Part shown: positions 50,493 to 64,000 of the stretch, in pieces
Numbering within the stretch: the first letter of the stretch is position 1
Layout of the letters: every line of letters begins with the position of its first letter
NCBI GenBank assembly: GCA_001938485.1
Contig: MQRK01250243.1
Span: forward strand, 1-64,000
Direction of reading: 5' to 3'
Origin: Girardia tigrina
Lineage: Eukaryota
Length of the DNA stretch: 64,000 nucleotides
Notes under the pieces: generated by a model
What the model was told of the DNA's origin: nothing
Database searches by the model: none
What the model saw: only the letters and a program-made list of their open reading frames with translations
Translations under genes and position numbers: made by a program

Positions 50493-52420
50493 CACTCTCG
50501 GTCAAATGAATTGCAATAGATGCATTTCATCATTACTAAAACAGAAATCATTTTTGTTTTAAATATTCATGCTACAGAATAATTTTTGTTGGTCTCATAT
50601 AATCTTGATGATCTATTTGGATATACATTTTAGGATTAAGTTAGGCTATCATGAATACATTATGTTATTTACTGAATTTTGTATTTTCAATTGATTTTAA
50701 AAGTTATTGAAGTCATTGAAGCAACACGAGTGAAGATCTTAACTCTACACCTATATTTTAGTAAACATATGCGTGAGATTGCTGCTTGTGCTGAAGTCCA
50801 TGCTTCAACCGTTTCAAGAATCGTGAAGAAATATAAAAACACTGAATCATTATCAGTCGATAGAGTTTGGAAGTATGGCAGAAAATGGATGAAAACATCA
50901 AGGGAAGATAAAATATTGGTAACCAACAGTGGAATGAATCCTAGGAAAATAGCAAAAGCTTTTAAAAATGAACTCGATCTCAATATCAGAGCCAAAACCA
51001 CCCGAAGAAAACTACATCGTTCAAAAAAACGTCTCATGTGGAATAAAGAACACCAGTACATGATATGTGATAAATCGAGGAAGGTGATATTCATTGATGA
51101 AAGTCAATTCTATATTTAAGGAGTTCGATCTTTCTAGGTAGGAATATCCTAGGTGAATCTGTTTTTCTTTGACACATTTATCAAACTCACCAATAAGTTT
51201 TGTTCTGTGAATGATTTAGTGCCTAGGCTACTGGTACAATCACGAATGGAAAGATAACATGAACTCCGAACAATACATCAATATTATTAACACCCAAATT
51301 ATCATTCAACTTTAGGAATTTTTCAGATAAGACTTTGCTCCATGAAATTCAAAATGAACAATGCAGTTTTTTGCAGGTACACCAAATTACCGTTTTAAAA
51401 TGTTCAGAAAGCTAAACTAATCTGTCAGTGATCGAGAAACTTTGGTTAATTATTAAAAGAAAACTATTATATAGGTCTGTTCAGAAAGTCTTGACCAATT
51501 TATAGACAAATGAAAATGTGTTCAAAATATTGTCAATATGAGCCACGCACTTCTTCCACCGTTCTGGGAGTTTTCTAATTCCTTGCGAGGTTTCTCTTCA
51601 ATCCAACGCTGCAACACCACTTGACCTTCTACCGCAGAGTTGTAATTTCGTCCTCGGAGGGCGGTTTTCATTGGGGGGAATAAATAAAATCGGAGGTAGC
51701 AAGGTCAAGTCAGTATGGTGGGTGGGGCAATACACTGAACTCGATTTCCTGCATCTTATTATCTGTTTTTTTGACTGTGGGGAGTCTGACATTATCGTAA
51801 AGGTAAGTAATTTGTTGAGGTCCTCCTTCCATAGGCTACCTCCGGCGAAATCGCTAACTCAAGTGTTATGGAGCGACATGTGCTATATTTGTTCAAATCC
51901 AGCTGTTGCAATATAACATCATCCATGTTCATTGACTGCCTTCCAGAGCGCTCCAGGTCTTCCACATTAAAATCGCCGTTGTTAAACTGAGTTACTCATC
52001 GGCAGCAAGTTCTCTCACTAACAGCACCACTTCCAAGTGCTGCATTCATCTCTTTACATATAGCGGGGGGATTCAAATTACGTTTCCAGCAGCAATCTAT
52101 CATCATTCAAATATCACGTTGACTCAAATTCATTTTAACGCAATGAAAATACAACTTTCAAAAATATTGAAAATAGTATTTATTTTCAAAACAATTTGTT
52201 AACTGATATTTTGAAATTAGTTTTCCTACAAAAGAAAAAAAATGATTATTTTTGTGAATATCATAGACATTTATCAGTGCGTTCACTAGATACTTATAGA
52301 AAACCATCGGTCAAAACTTTCTGGACAGACCTATAGTATGATGTTTCCACCACAAAAAAAACTCATTGCTAACGTATTGATTTCTGGCACAGAGGTATGG
52401 GATAAACCCTTGAAAATTCT
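50493..52420 (+). mobile_element. Tc1 remnant interrupted by a mariner
   Basis: HTH MREIAA..STVSRIVKKY, IFIDES, IEKLW.IIKRK; right boundary uncertain. Confidence 0.75.
51470..52335 (-). mobile_element. Internally deleted mariner
   Basis: About 30-bp TIR TATAGGTCTGT(T/C)CAGAAAGT; N-terminal ..VEDLERSGR and C-terminal HPPY..DLA.SDF remnants. Confidence 0.85.
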
Positions 52421-52631
52421 GTGATTCGTTACGTATACTTTTGTTTATTACTTAATATTAATATTAAATTATAACATTATTATCATCTTTATCTTTATTT
52501 TTTGATCTATTAGTATAACAGAGTTTGCCAAATAATAAACTTGGTTAGCCGTGTTATACAGTTATATCTTCAAATATTTTTGAAGTTACGATTTTCTGTT
52601 CCAAATTTCAGTTTAAATTTTACTTTGCCAT

Positions 52632-52779
52632 TATGAGGAATATTTTAAATTGTTTGAATGTGTAAACGTAGTGATGCTGTATGTTGATTTAAGTATGTTG
52701 AATTTAGAATGGTGATTCTCCCACCCTAAATGTGATTGTAATAAAAATTCAAACGAGACTTGTCTAAATGTTCTTAATA
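52632..52779 (+). mobile_element. Internally deleted solo LTR (Gypsy 3 family)
   Basis: Both LTR ends present; TSD GCCAT/GCTAT. Confidence 0.75.
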
Positions 52780-52826
52780 GCTATTGATAATATATAATGG
52801 AAATGTTTTATCTTTGTAACATTCAG

Positions 52827-52952
52827 ACCAAGTGAAAGTGAGAAAAGTATTAACAAAGCGTTACTAAATCTGAAGAAACTAGAAAAGATGTCAGACTTAA
52901 CAGACGATGAAGTTTTTCCGATTTCTTTAAAATTGCATTTGGCTGCTGGAAA
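52827..52952 (+). CDS. TTC23: TTC23-like, exon B
   Basis: CAG/GTATGT; PSESEKSINKALLNLKKL..ISLKLHLAAG; phase 2 to 2. Confidence 0.75.
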
Positions 52953-53000
52953 GTATGTTTAACCTTCCAATGGTATTTATATATTTGCTTTTTCCATTAG

Positions 53001-53127
53001 AATATCCTTACGTTTGCAAGATAATATATCAGCGACAAATTATTATAATACCGCATGCAATATGATTCAAACTAGTAAAGGCAGTGACAGTGTTGACTTG
53101 ATTCCCATATACCAGTTTTTAGGAAAG
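53001..53127 (+). CDS. TTC23: TTC23-like, exon C
   Basis: Follows a 48-nt intron; ATNYYNTACNMIQTSKGSDSVDLIPIYQFLGK resembles recalled TTC23 ALSHYQAALEYVEISKGETSRECVPILRELAG. Confidence 0.8.
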
Positions 53128-55041
53128 GTATTTTTGTATTATTAAATTACAGTTTTTTTATATATATTTATGCATAAATTTTGTTAGATATTTCGAAAAC
53201 TAATTTTTATATCACCTTTACACATATATGCTGTATGGGGTTCGGATTCAAAAGTTAAACTAATGACACTAAATTTTATTTCTATAGCAATTAAAATTTT
53301 TAAACAAATATTTTCTAGAAACTTTCGCGATTTCTTTTTACAGAAACCATTATAAATAAAAATAGATATAAATATAGATATTGTTATTTCCTTAATTAAG
53401 AATTTAACTTTATACTTTTTTTGTTAAAATTAAGCTATTAAAATTTGCCACTAAGTTTTTGTTGCATCTTTAATTAAATTTCCATAAATTGAATCGTTTC
53501 TCAATTACATTTCCCCATTCTATAAAATAACATTTTCATTTTGTTTTCATAATCGTTTAAAAATTGTTTTTAGTTTTGGTAAAATAACGTTTTGTTTTTT
53601 TTTATTATGTACTTTATTTATTTTGCATGTTATTATGTTTAATAATTGTCATAGGCAATTATGAATTACGAAATATGAATTTAAAAAAATCAAAAAAACA
53701 ATCGATTTTTTAACTCAGTTAATGAATTATTTAACATACTGAGAATATTTTCTCGATCCAATAATCTTGTCGTTGGAAATACAATTTATTATTTTCGTGG
53801 CTGTAATCGAAAATATTGTTTAACGATCTGAAATTATAACAAAAAAAACTGAAGTCGAGAACAACTGATTACAAATCAAGACAAAATCGAATCTAGTTTG
53901 ATCTCTTACCTATTTGTACAATCTATTTGTACTGTATTCACTCAGTCAAGAGATTTTTACATCTGACGTTTGCGCTTTATATCGTAAAGAAAAAGAAAAA
54001 AAAGATTTCAACCATTCTCTTATAAAGAATAATTCCGGTTTCAAACTATTAGCGAAGTATTTGTTGATTTGATTTATTCTTACGTTATTTGTTGATAATA
54101 CTCAAACGACTGTGTTTTTTTGTTAAAGAAAAAATTCATTTTTCTTGTTAAAAGACAGTTGTTTAAACGTTTTGTTCTTAGCCCTGTACTAAATTCACTC
54201 AATAAAATGGTTTAGTCAATTTAGTACAGCCTTTTTTTTCTTTTTATCCATATTATTGTTAAAACCTCAAATTTGCATCTCAGATCTATAGACAAATTTG
54301 GGGTTTTACAATCGTCTTTAAAATCATAAAGGTTTTTTATTAAAATTTTGTCACAAAGATTTTATTTCATATTTTATTAAATTTCCATTTTATTTTCCAT
54401 TTTCATTTTAACACAATTACATTTTTAATTAACATTGTAACGTACATTTTCATTATAATAAAATTGCATTTTATTTGTTTCAATTTAACAGTTTTTGAAT
54501 TACATCTAGATTTCGATAAAATTACATTTTCAAAAAATTAAAATTTCATTTTCATTTATTTCAATTTAATCGTTTTTTAATGAAAGTTATATTTTCATTT
54601 ATTTCAAAACAATTATATTTTAATTTTAAAAATGATTTTTGATTTTTTTTATATACATGGTATTATATATGTGGTATATATGTGGTATTCCATCACTTCT
54701 AAGTATAATCACAATTCCATCACATAAAATTTTAAATAAAAAAATTTAGATAAAATTTACAATTTTCGTCGAAATCTGTTGTTACTCGTTCAATAACGAA
54801 ATTAAGTAAAGTGAAAGATTGAAGTTAATGCGTGCTATGTATTCACATGAATATCACTTCCATCACCTTAAGGCATAATGTCATTGTGAAATAGATATTT
54901 CAGGTAAAATAGTATATAGCTTTAAAATATAAATATAATTTTATTTGACGATTTGTCTTAGCAAAATGCAGACTTAAGTATATTTAATATTTAACTGTAA
55001 AATGATCATTGGTTATAAAACACAAGAAACTTATTTTGGTG

Positions 55042-55561
55042 TATGAAGAAAATTTTAAATTGTTTGAATGTGTGAATGTATTGATGCTGTATGTTGATTT
55101 AAGTATGTTGAATTTAGAATGGTGATTCTCCACCCAGATGGAAATTGGTATTTTTGGTATTCTATTCGAACACAATTACAATAATAAATTGATAAGTTTA
55201 TATTTTTAAAATTAACAGTTAAAATTAAGTATAATATTTTTGAAAAAAAGAAAAGCATTTAATTAGATATAAATAAAATTTAAAAAATTAAATTAAATTC
55301 ATTTTGAACAATTTGATAACATTTTTATTATTTTCAGTTTTTATAAAGAAATGGTTAAAATTATTATTTTTAATTAATTTTTTTTGGTATTAAATATTTT
55401 AAAAAGATTTGGAAAAATTTTTCGAATAATCATGATTAAAAATAGAAATAAAAAAACAAGTAGAACAATGACAAATGGTGAACGATCTTCCGAGAGTTTT
55501 GATGACTTTAAATGTAATAAAAATAAAAATTCAAATGAAAATTGTCTCCATGTTCTTAACA
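55042..55561 (+). mobile_element. Solo LTR (Gypsy 3 family), 520 bp
   Basis: Collinear with the reconstructed 38110-40594 LTR; ends CTTAACA; degenerate TSD TGGTG/CAGTG. Confidence 0.85.
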
Positions 55562-55932
55562 CAGTGAAATTGACAAACAATGATAGAGTATCTTAGAAAG
55601 TCACAGAAAATAACAAATGAATGGAATTTTCAACTACAAGCACTTCAAATGTAACGTTATCTTCAATCTAACCTCTCAAATGGTCTTGGAAGAAACTAAA
55701 ATATGATTATATATATTTTGTCTTATAAATCAACTTTTATTATTGATGGAATATTCTAAGAATCTATTTTGTTTTCTTTGAAACTTAACGTTAGCTAACA
55801 GTTAATTAGTTATAGTAAAATTAAAGCAACATCAGAATTAAACAGCCAATCTTTTAAAGATTAATGAATATTTCTTAAAGGCAATATTCTTTTTACTTAT
55901 TCTATTTGTGAATTCCTAATAAAATTTATAAT

Positions 55933-56190
55933 AACGGATAACATGAAATAGTAGGACACCTACTATTTTAATAGTAGGTGGAAAAAAAATTGAAAAGGCG
56001 CCCAATATTGGTTTACACCTACTATTTGGTGCTTTTGTTTTTTTATAAAATATTTTTTTTATAAATTGCTTTAAAAACGATACACCTACTATTTGATTCC
56101 ACCTACTATTTTAATAGTAGGTGGAAAATTTTTTGATAACTTCATTACACCTACTATTTCATGTCCACCTACTATTTGATGTTATCCGTT
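55933..56190. mobile_element. MITE, superfamily unresolved
   Basis: TIR AACGGATAACAT(G/C)AAATAGTAGG; multiple CACCTACTATTT motifs in both orientations. Confidence 0.75.
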
Positions 56191-57689
56191 AATATTTAAG
56201 AAATATGCATATAAATCTGCTAAAAAGTTAATAAAGTAGCTCTATTAAGACGTATTAGTGCTGTAGCTAGTGACATTTAAAATCAATATATCACAAATGT
56301 TTAAGATGTATTAATTACACTTGGAATCCACAAATCTTGATTGAATGTCCATGTTATTTGAATTCAAAAGATAAAATTTCAATGACACTAGTCACAGTAT
56401 AAACTGTGGCAAAAGTTAAGAAGGTTTTAAACAATTTGCAACTACTCAATGTTTGCTTTAGTAGCCAAAACGTCCTTATCTTCATTTTTAAAAAAAGCCA
56501 TAGATTAGACAGTTTAGGTTGGTAACGTTTTATCTTGCATTATCATAAGTTCTTTGTCGTTTGGTCAAAATGAAAGAGTTGAATTCGACTTCTTATCGTA
56601 AAAAATGAAACTCTGGATTTTTTGTACGTGAAAATTATATTTCGACTCTTTTATTCAACGTAATATATTTTTTTAAGATTCCAAAGAAGAACTAGATTAA
56701 GAATAATCTATTCACATTCATATCTGAAAGCCAAACTTGAAGTTTCGAATACCAGTCTTTTGTGGAACGAGTATTTCAAACGATATAAAATGACCCTTTG
56801 TCAGCCCTTCCAAATTGCATCACTTACCCGTGAGAATCTGGTTTTTGCTCAAATATTCAAACACCAACAAAATATCGCATTAAGTTGGATGTAGAGCTAA
56901 AAAATAATAATTCAATTATCTGAAATAAAGGCCTTTTTTATAAATTGTAAAAAAATGTAAATAGGAAAGTTTTAATTTAATTAAATAAGTAATATTTTGC
57001 TCGAATTTTAAACTTTTTACCATATTATTTATTGAATATCATATGTGTTATAACTTCATTTTAATTATAATTATGCCAATGTATTTTAAACGTATTCGCA
57101 AATTTTTCGTATGGTTTAAAGGGTTCCATGATCAAAAAAGATGAGAACTTCAGCATCAAATAAATTAATTTAAAATATTATAAATAGTAATCTTTTATTT
57201 ACTTTTTTCACAGTTGTACTAATTTTTAATTTAATATTTTATAATTTAATCAGTGGATAAGAAATAAATTTAGATTATTCAACAAGAATTGTGAAAAAAA
57301 AACGTTTTTCCATTCTTTTTATTAGCTTACTTTCTATGTATCCGTGTAATTTAGAAACCTGTTTTTGAAGGCTTTTTACTTAATCAAATTTCTTCAAACT
57401 TTGCACACTTACTCATTTTCGATGACAATAAATGATTATGTGAAAAGCCGATCAAAAAAACTTTTTAGGGTCTCAGAATTGGGGAAAAACGGTCTCATCG
57501 AAGTTCTTGAACACTATGAAATGAAAAAGATCTACTTATAAATTATAAGTAGTTTATATCATTTATTTATAATTTAAATTTTAATATTACGCAAAAAATA
57601 AAATTGAAAAATAAATAAAGTCCAGTAAACCGATTTAAAGTCTAACTATTAAATCAAAAAAAAATATTTAAAAAAATATATAAAGATCA

Positions 57690-58471
57690 TGGAGACCAAT
57701 AGCCCTGATGGAATGCATTACCAAGTTGTCCACATCTTGCCTATGCACTCAACTGGAACAATGGCTAGTGAAGAACAATTTAATTTCAAAGTTCTAAAAA
57801 GGCATCGGACCATCGGACGGATGCGCTGAACACAATAACGTCATGAGAATTTTAATGGAGGAATATAAACATCTTCACATTGCATTCCTTGATCTAACTG
57901 ATGCGTTTGGCAGCATTCCAATTAATCATATATTAGAAGTTCTCAGAAGAAAAGGTCTAAACTCATTCTCCTGCTCTCTCATTCCAAATCTGTACTCGGA
58001 TTGTTCATCAACCTATAACTGCAATGATTGTACGACTGAAGACGTATCAATCAGGAGGGGGTTAGACAAGGATGTCAGCTTTCAATGCTGTTGTTCAGCA
58101 TTGGCATTGATCCAATTTTGGCTGGACTACAAGATAATGATGCATTTTGTATTGACACTGAGTCTGGTAAGATTACTTGTCTGGCATATGCAGATGATAT
58201 TGCACTAGTTGCAACCAGCAACTCTTGGTTACAAGCCATGGTTTCATCTGCATGTGACATGGTTGAATGGACTTCTTTGAAGTTCAACCCAATCAAATGT
58301 GGATATTTATCAACTCCTCTTATGAATGAATCAATCTACATTAATAACATACCAATACATATAGTAACAGATGAAGGAGGTTACAGTTATCTCGGAGTAG
58401 ACTTTACCAGTAAGACAAAATTCACTCCTGAACGCCTATTTCTATCAGCTATTAAGGACTTGAAAAAATAA
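57690..58471 (+). pseudogene. Isolated RT domain of an R2/NeSL-like non-LTR element
   Basis: WRPIAL, AFLDLTDAFGSIP, GVRQGC (frameshifted), LAYADD, KFNPIKC, YSYLG. Confidence 0.85.
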
Positions 58472-58621
58472 CCAAATAAATACTATTTCCCTGACTTTAT
58501 AGAGTTCTGTCTGCATAAAGAATGGATAAAAAACATTTTTCTTTGATTTACTAGTTTTTAATTTTAAAGTTTCAGTTATATAAGTATAATTACGTATTTA
58601 AATGTATTTAATATGGTTTAG

Positions 58622-58704
58622 ATTGAACAAAATAATGGAAGTCTCTCTAACCATTCTAAAGCAATCGAATATTACCTTATGGCACATGCGATTGCCAACA
58701 AACA
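58622..58704 (+). CDS. TTC23: TTC23-like, exon D
   Basis: TAG/GTATGT; IEQNNGSLSNHSKAIEYYLMAHAIANK; phase 0 to 2. Confidence 0.8.
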
Positions 58705-60201
58705 GTATGTTTTCATTTAAAGATTTTATTAAGTTCTGTGAACACTAGTTTATTTTTATTGATAAAGAACTTAAATGCTTTTATATTTTCATCACAATAA
58801 GAATTGTAAAAATGACTATTATAAAAGATAAAAATTTAATAAAAAATTGTTAAAGAGAAAATTTTAATTGATGTTGCGGAAACCGTGCCTCCATTTAATA
58901 CTGAGAACCAGAAAGAATTCAGTTTTTCTTTTACTTAATTCTGATTTAAATTCATTAACATAATCAATAGAGTGGCTCAACGGCCGATTGACGATGGTTT
59001 CCAATAGAGATAACGATTCAGCACCGATCCAATCGGCATTAGAAAACACTTTTTACGAAAAGTTTGAAATTGAAATATGAGCTCCATTAAATATTTTATC
59101 GGTATCAAATGATATATATCTTTTTTTTTTAATTAGTTAATCGCTCAAATTTTCACACATTATAAATATTTTTTCAAACGATTTTTGTTCCACCATTTCC
59201 GTTACATGATACATATTTTTAACAAAAAAATTTCAAAATTGGAATTAAAGACTATATTTTTTTAATTGAAACAACATTTATTTACACTTAATTTTTTAAC
59301 ACAAATTTCAATTTTTCCTTTTTTAACACAAAAATTGACCCAAAATTGTAATTGGACACTTCACAATCGAACTCGATTTATTAAACGCGCCAAACAATCA
59401 CGTATGCAACATTCGATTAAATAATCGTAAATTTTCAATGATTTTCACTAATTATTTTAAACAAAAATTTTCCTTTCAAGGTCATCAAAATTAATCGATT
59501 TACAATAAAAAATGAACAATAATCATTTAAATAGAAATACCATCACGAAACCATATGAAAGTGATGGTTTAATTATTTAAATTAAATTTAATTTAATATA
59601 TATATATATATATTTTATTTAATCTTTTTAATTTAATTTTCTTATTTTTTTACTTTATTTAAATTAACTTGATTTAATTAATTGTTTTGTCAGTTAATTA
59701 TTTATATTTGTAAGGGGTTCTTTTTAGTGAACTGTAAATTTTTGATATTTTTAAATTAAAAAACATATTTATTTATATATATATTTATATATATATATAC
59801 ATATATATACATCGATATTATTTATATTTAGAATTTTAAAATCTGGTTTATGTAACTGAAATATTGTTCCTCATAAATTTGTTTGAATAATGAAAGTTGT
59901 ATTAGAAATAAAGTTTTGTGTTAATGACAACGTCTTTTGATCAAGAACACAATAATATTATTTAATTTATTTATATATTTTCCCTAAAACTAGAAAATGT
60001 TCGTTCAATTATCTAATTTTTCGGTCCAATCGGTTTGATGCAAAGAAAACTGTTTAATTTTTTTCTGTTATCATAATATTACTTTTATCGTTGTTAAAAT
60101 TATTACTATCAAACATAAATATATAATTCTAATATATATATATATATATATNNNNNNNNNNNNNNNNNNNNNNNNNNNNNNNNNNNNNNNNNNNNNNNNN
60201 N

Positions 60202-60249
<48 letters not shown>

Positions 60250-60936
60250 TAATTGACCGAACATTTTCTAGTTTTAGGGAAAATATATAAATAAATTAAA
60301 TAATATATAATATAATTAAATAATATATATATATATTTATTTTTTATATATTTTTTTTTTATTTTTTATTATTTATATTTTTACTTATTTTTTAATGACG
60401 TTTAATACAAAACCAAAATAAGAAGAACGTATTTATATCTTCTGCTGACGTTCATTCTAATTTGGTTATATTTCGTTGACTTTAGCTTTTACTAAAATGA
60501 CGAAGTTTCGTGGTAATATAAACGCCGAATACTTTTCAAATACTAGTTAATTTACAATAATTAATTTTATATTGTAAAAATAGTTTTCTTTTATAAAATT
60601 TGAAGCCAACTAAAATTTATTAATTTCGATGGTTTAACCATTATTGTCCGAAAAAATGAATTTTTTAAAAACGACAATTACTTGTGTAGTGCAGTTAGTG
60701 ATTACGTAATCAATACGTCATCAGTACATCATTTAAAAAATTGTCAAAATTAATAAACTTTATTTGGCTTCAAAGTTTTTTTATTTGAAAACTTATCAAT
60801 TTGATTTAACTTAATTCACAATTATTTTCTTTATCAATTTTTATTTATCTGTTAAATATTATTTATAATAAAATGGCTTTTATTATATAATTATAGTAAC
60901 TTATTTATAAATTTTTAATTTATAGCTTAATTTTAG

Positions 60937-61022
60937 TTATGAATGTCACAGTGAACAAGTCATTCAAAGTTCTAGAACTGTGGCAACTGCTTATTCTTTA
61001 ATAGGAACCGTGGATTCAGAAA
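60937..61022 (+). CDS. TTC23: TTC23-like, exon E
   Basis: TTTTAG/GTAAAA; YECHSEQVIQSSRTVATAYSLIGTVDSE; phase 2 to 1. Confidence 0.7.
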
Positions 61023-61899
61023 GTAAAAATTATTTTAGTATTTAATTTATTTTTATTTATAAAATTTTATATCGGTTTGTATTTTATAGTGAAAATATTG
61101 TATTAATTAAATAATTCGTATTAAACTATAAAATTTTTGTGAAAATGGAATACCAGTAGTAGTCGTGGTACATATTTTCAGAACTTCCCCACAAAAGGAA
61201 CAATTTTATTCATAACCTGGTCCTATTATTTACTTAAACATTCTTTCTACGTTCTTTTCTTTTAGATATTTTAAAAATGCATCTTATAACTAGTCACTTA
61301 CTACATTTCTGCAATGACAATGCATTAAACATACAACTTAATTTTTAGACTCTCATATTTGTTATAAAAACTCTCCTCTTGAAACTTAGTCTTTGCGTAA
61401 CTTTCTTTGACTGTAAATGTTTAGCAGCATTGGCACACAGGGTATTGAACTGTAGGCTCTGTTTTTGGTAAAATCATTGAATCAAAACAGATTTAAATAT
61501 GAAAGTCTAGCACGTTTTGGTTTACCACAAAACAAAAAACCAAATTCGATTCCATATTCTGTGAATTTCAAGCTTTTTCGCACAATAGGAAATTTTTGTA
61601 CAACGAGGAAAAGGACAGCTTTCACTTCATTTGTTTTATCCACTTTGTTAAAATTTGGGTGACCTCGTAAATTTTTGAACTTAAGAAAAACGTAATGCCT
61701 AAAACATTTTAAAGACTTAACTACAGATAATAAAAGCTACGTAGAAGCGACAAAAGGTCCGTAGATTAGCCCACTAAAAAGCGAATTTTGAAATCCAAAA
61801 TGCGTGTTTTTCTTAAGCTAGTCATAAAGATCATGAGACTAAGCTACTTTGCCTTGTAACATCCGTCATTCTCAATACAAACATTCCATCACCAGATTG

Positions 61900-62680
61900 G
61901 TCATTAAAGGTACTTTTATATCAGTCAGCAAGCATTGCATTTATGAATGAGGTCACCTCTTCCATTACTTTCTCTTTGTATGCAAACCACTACTCTTTTA
62001 GATGATTCTTTAGGTGATAGAAATGAAGAAATTGTCTGGAGCGAGATTTTGGCTGTATGGATGATGAGAAGACTCCTTAAAGTTACTACGCTGAACAGCA
62101 ACCTTTACAAAAGCTGTTTTGTGCACGGGAGTGTTGTTGTGGAGTAAGAACAGTGTCTGACATTAATGCTTTAGACTTTTTTCTAGCTTCTAAAATACGC
62201 ACGTTATTTTAGCCATTGATTTTTTAGACTTTCTCAGTGAAATCAGTGTAAAAAACACCACGCAATTCACAAAATGGTCATCACCATCTCTCGCCTCTTA
62301 AAGAATCAACTCCTTGATTTCTGAGATCTCACTTCTCCGGAGAGTTTCCTTTCTATTATCTATTTTCTGCCTTCTGAGATGTAAAAGGATAAAGATATTT
62401 CATCCCCTGTCATAATATTATCCTGGAATCGAGCACCAATTTCAGCGTGAAAGTTGAAGTTCTCTTGAAAGGACTGAAGTCAATTTTCACACTTGCCTGA
62501 GTTGAGAAAGTGAAACACGAAACACGAGAATAATTTCCTTACTCTCAGGAAATGGTACATGTTCCATAGCTGACGTTTAAAGCATTTACAGGTCGTTCCT
62601 GCGACACTTTCGCACCATATTCTTCAGTTTTTTTCAATTTTTCTCCTTTAATTTATCCATTTTGAGTTGATTCACTTTGA
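61900..62680 (-). pseudogene. Old mariner transposase remnant
   Basis: IMTGDE, LHNNTPVH and HHPYSQNLAPDNF motifs; boundaries approximate. Confidence 0.75.
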
Positions 62681-63546
62681 AAGTTTTTAATGAGAGAAGA
62701 AATAATTTCCAAACAACCTTTATAATGGCTGGTATTCCAATTTTCAAACGGCGTTTAGAAGCTCACACCGATACATTTAAACCCGGTTTGTCAAAATACA
62801 CCAAGTTTTTGGATATAGTTTTTAATAACATATTATATATTCATTTCTGTCAGCAAAAACTTTTTCTGAAAATCTTCTTTAAGGAATAATATTAATACAC
62901 TTGAAAGAATAATTACAATTCGTCATTATACACAGTTTGGTGTGAAATATACAATTCCCTTTATTTCAAAAAAATCATTCTCAATTGTTAAGTCTAATAG
63001 ATGCATCGTCAACAATAATGTAAAACGTTACAGCTTCCTCTGTTAATTTTTCCGGTTTGTTTCCACCCTTTGTGAGTGTCCTTTTTTCGATAACATGCAA
63101 ACCCTTTATTTTTATTAACAGAAAACCAATTAACAATTTCAAAGTCAGATCCTCCGTAACTTGTGGCCCTGATTATACTTAGTCTTGGATGATTGCTTAC
63201 TTTGGAATTTTTTACACCATTTAATACCGTGTAATTTATGATGTAGAATTCATATTATCCTTTTTTTCGGAATTCATTTTTAAATTTGATAAATGACAAT
63301 CATTTGTATTTTAAAATTTTTACATCATCTACATACACAATATGTATTGTCTATTTACTTTTATAATTTGAAGGATTAATTTATTTACTTAATTTAAGAT
63401 TTTTATTGAAGGTATTAACAATTTTTATTGAATAAAATTTTTTAAAAAAAGACCAAAATCAAATTTGAACCCCTGTATAATAAACAATTTAATCATGTTT
63501 TTCAAGGATTTGATAAAGATCTCAATTATAGCATTAAACAGATTAA

Positions 63547-63786
63547 CCCATTAACGCCGGCTGTTCTCGTTTGAGGACGCTTGAAAAAATAAACATTCAG
63601 TGACTTGAGAAGAATGTTTATGAAATTTTTCAAGTTTTATCATGTCTATGTAAACAAAGTAATGAGTCAATAACCTTACTTTGCTTTAAATATGACTGGT
63701 TGAGATTTTACAGTCCCTGCAATATCATGTCTTAGTGCAGACGAGTGTAGTTGTTTTCAAAAAAGTCCTGTTTAGGCGTTAATTGG
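63547..63786. mobile_element. piggyBac-type MITE
   Basis: TIR CC(C/A)ATTAACGCC, TTAA TSD. Confidence 0.8.
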
Positions 63787-64000
63787 TTAAGCAAACCTTA
63801 ACATTTTCAATGATTTTATAAGTATTTAAATAATTTGTTAACTTTTCAAAAAAATTTTATAACACATTACTTGAGATTGAATTAAATTATGAAGCTAAAA
63901 TAACTGTATTTTATTACAGTAAATTTAAAAAAAAATAAAAATCAAAAATTATTTTTATTAAAACATATTTTACTTTTTATTTTGAAATATAATTATTTAT

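Noticed and set aside
55037-55566. TSD pair TGGTG/CAGTG as evidence of CpG methylation
   Set aside because: A single site, and non-CpG C-to-T and G-to-A changes are also common in this window
59955-60307. Inverted repeat around (TA)n
   Set aside because: It flanks an N gap and cannot be told apart from a scaffolding artefact

Overview
This is an AT-rich eukaryotic scaffold with N gaps, probably from an invertebrate; very short introns and the TE mix suggest a planarian or other flatworm, which is inference only. Most of the window is nested, decayed transposable elements. Non-LTR elements: an RT-deleted restriction-like-endonuclease (RLE) element split by a near full-length RTE LINE, which itself carries a hAT MITE and a Phantom-type Mutator. 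Other TEs: three Gypsy LTR retrotransposons with several solo LTRs, Penelope-like elements (PLEs), and Tc1, mariner, pogo, piggyBac, hAT and Helitron derivatives. The only host gene I can support is five phase-consistent internal exons of a TTC23-like TPR gene (+ strand, 49.4-61.0 kb), missed by the ORF track. Main findings: (1) a candidate HDV-like ribozyme exactly at the RTE 5' junction; (2) four minimal type I hammerhead motifs from two PLE families, with covarying stems; (3) a 275-bp 28S rRNA fragment inserted in a Gypsy gag gene; (4) Gypsy gag start codons formed across the LTR/PBS junction; (5) -1 frameshift signals at gag-pol junctions; (6) an intact orphan gag capsid ORF. All calls come from manual reading, and no searches or folding programs were run.
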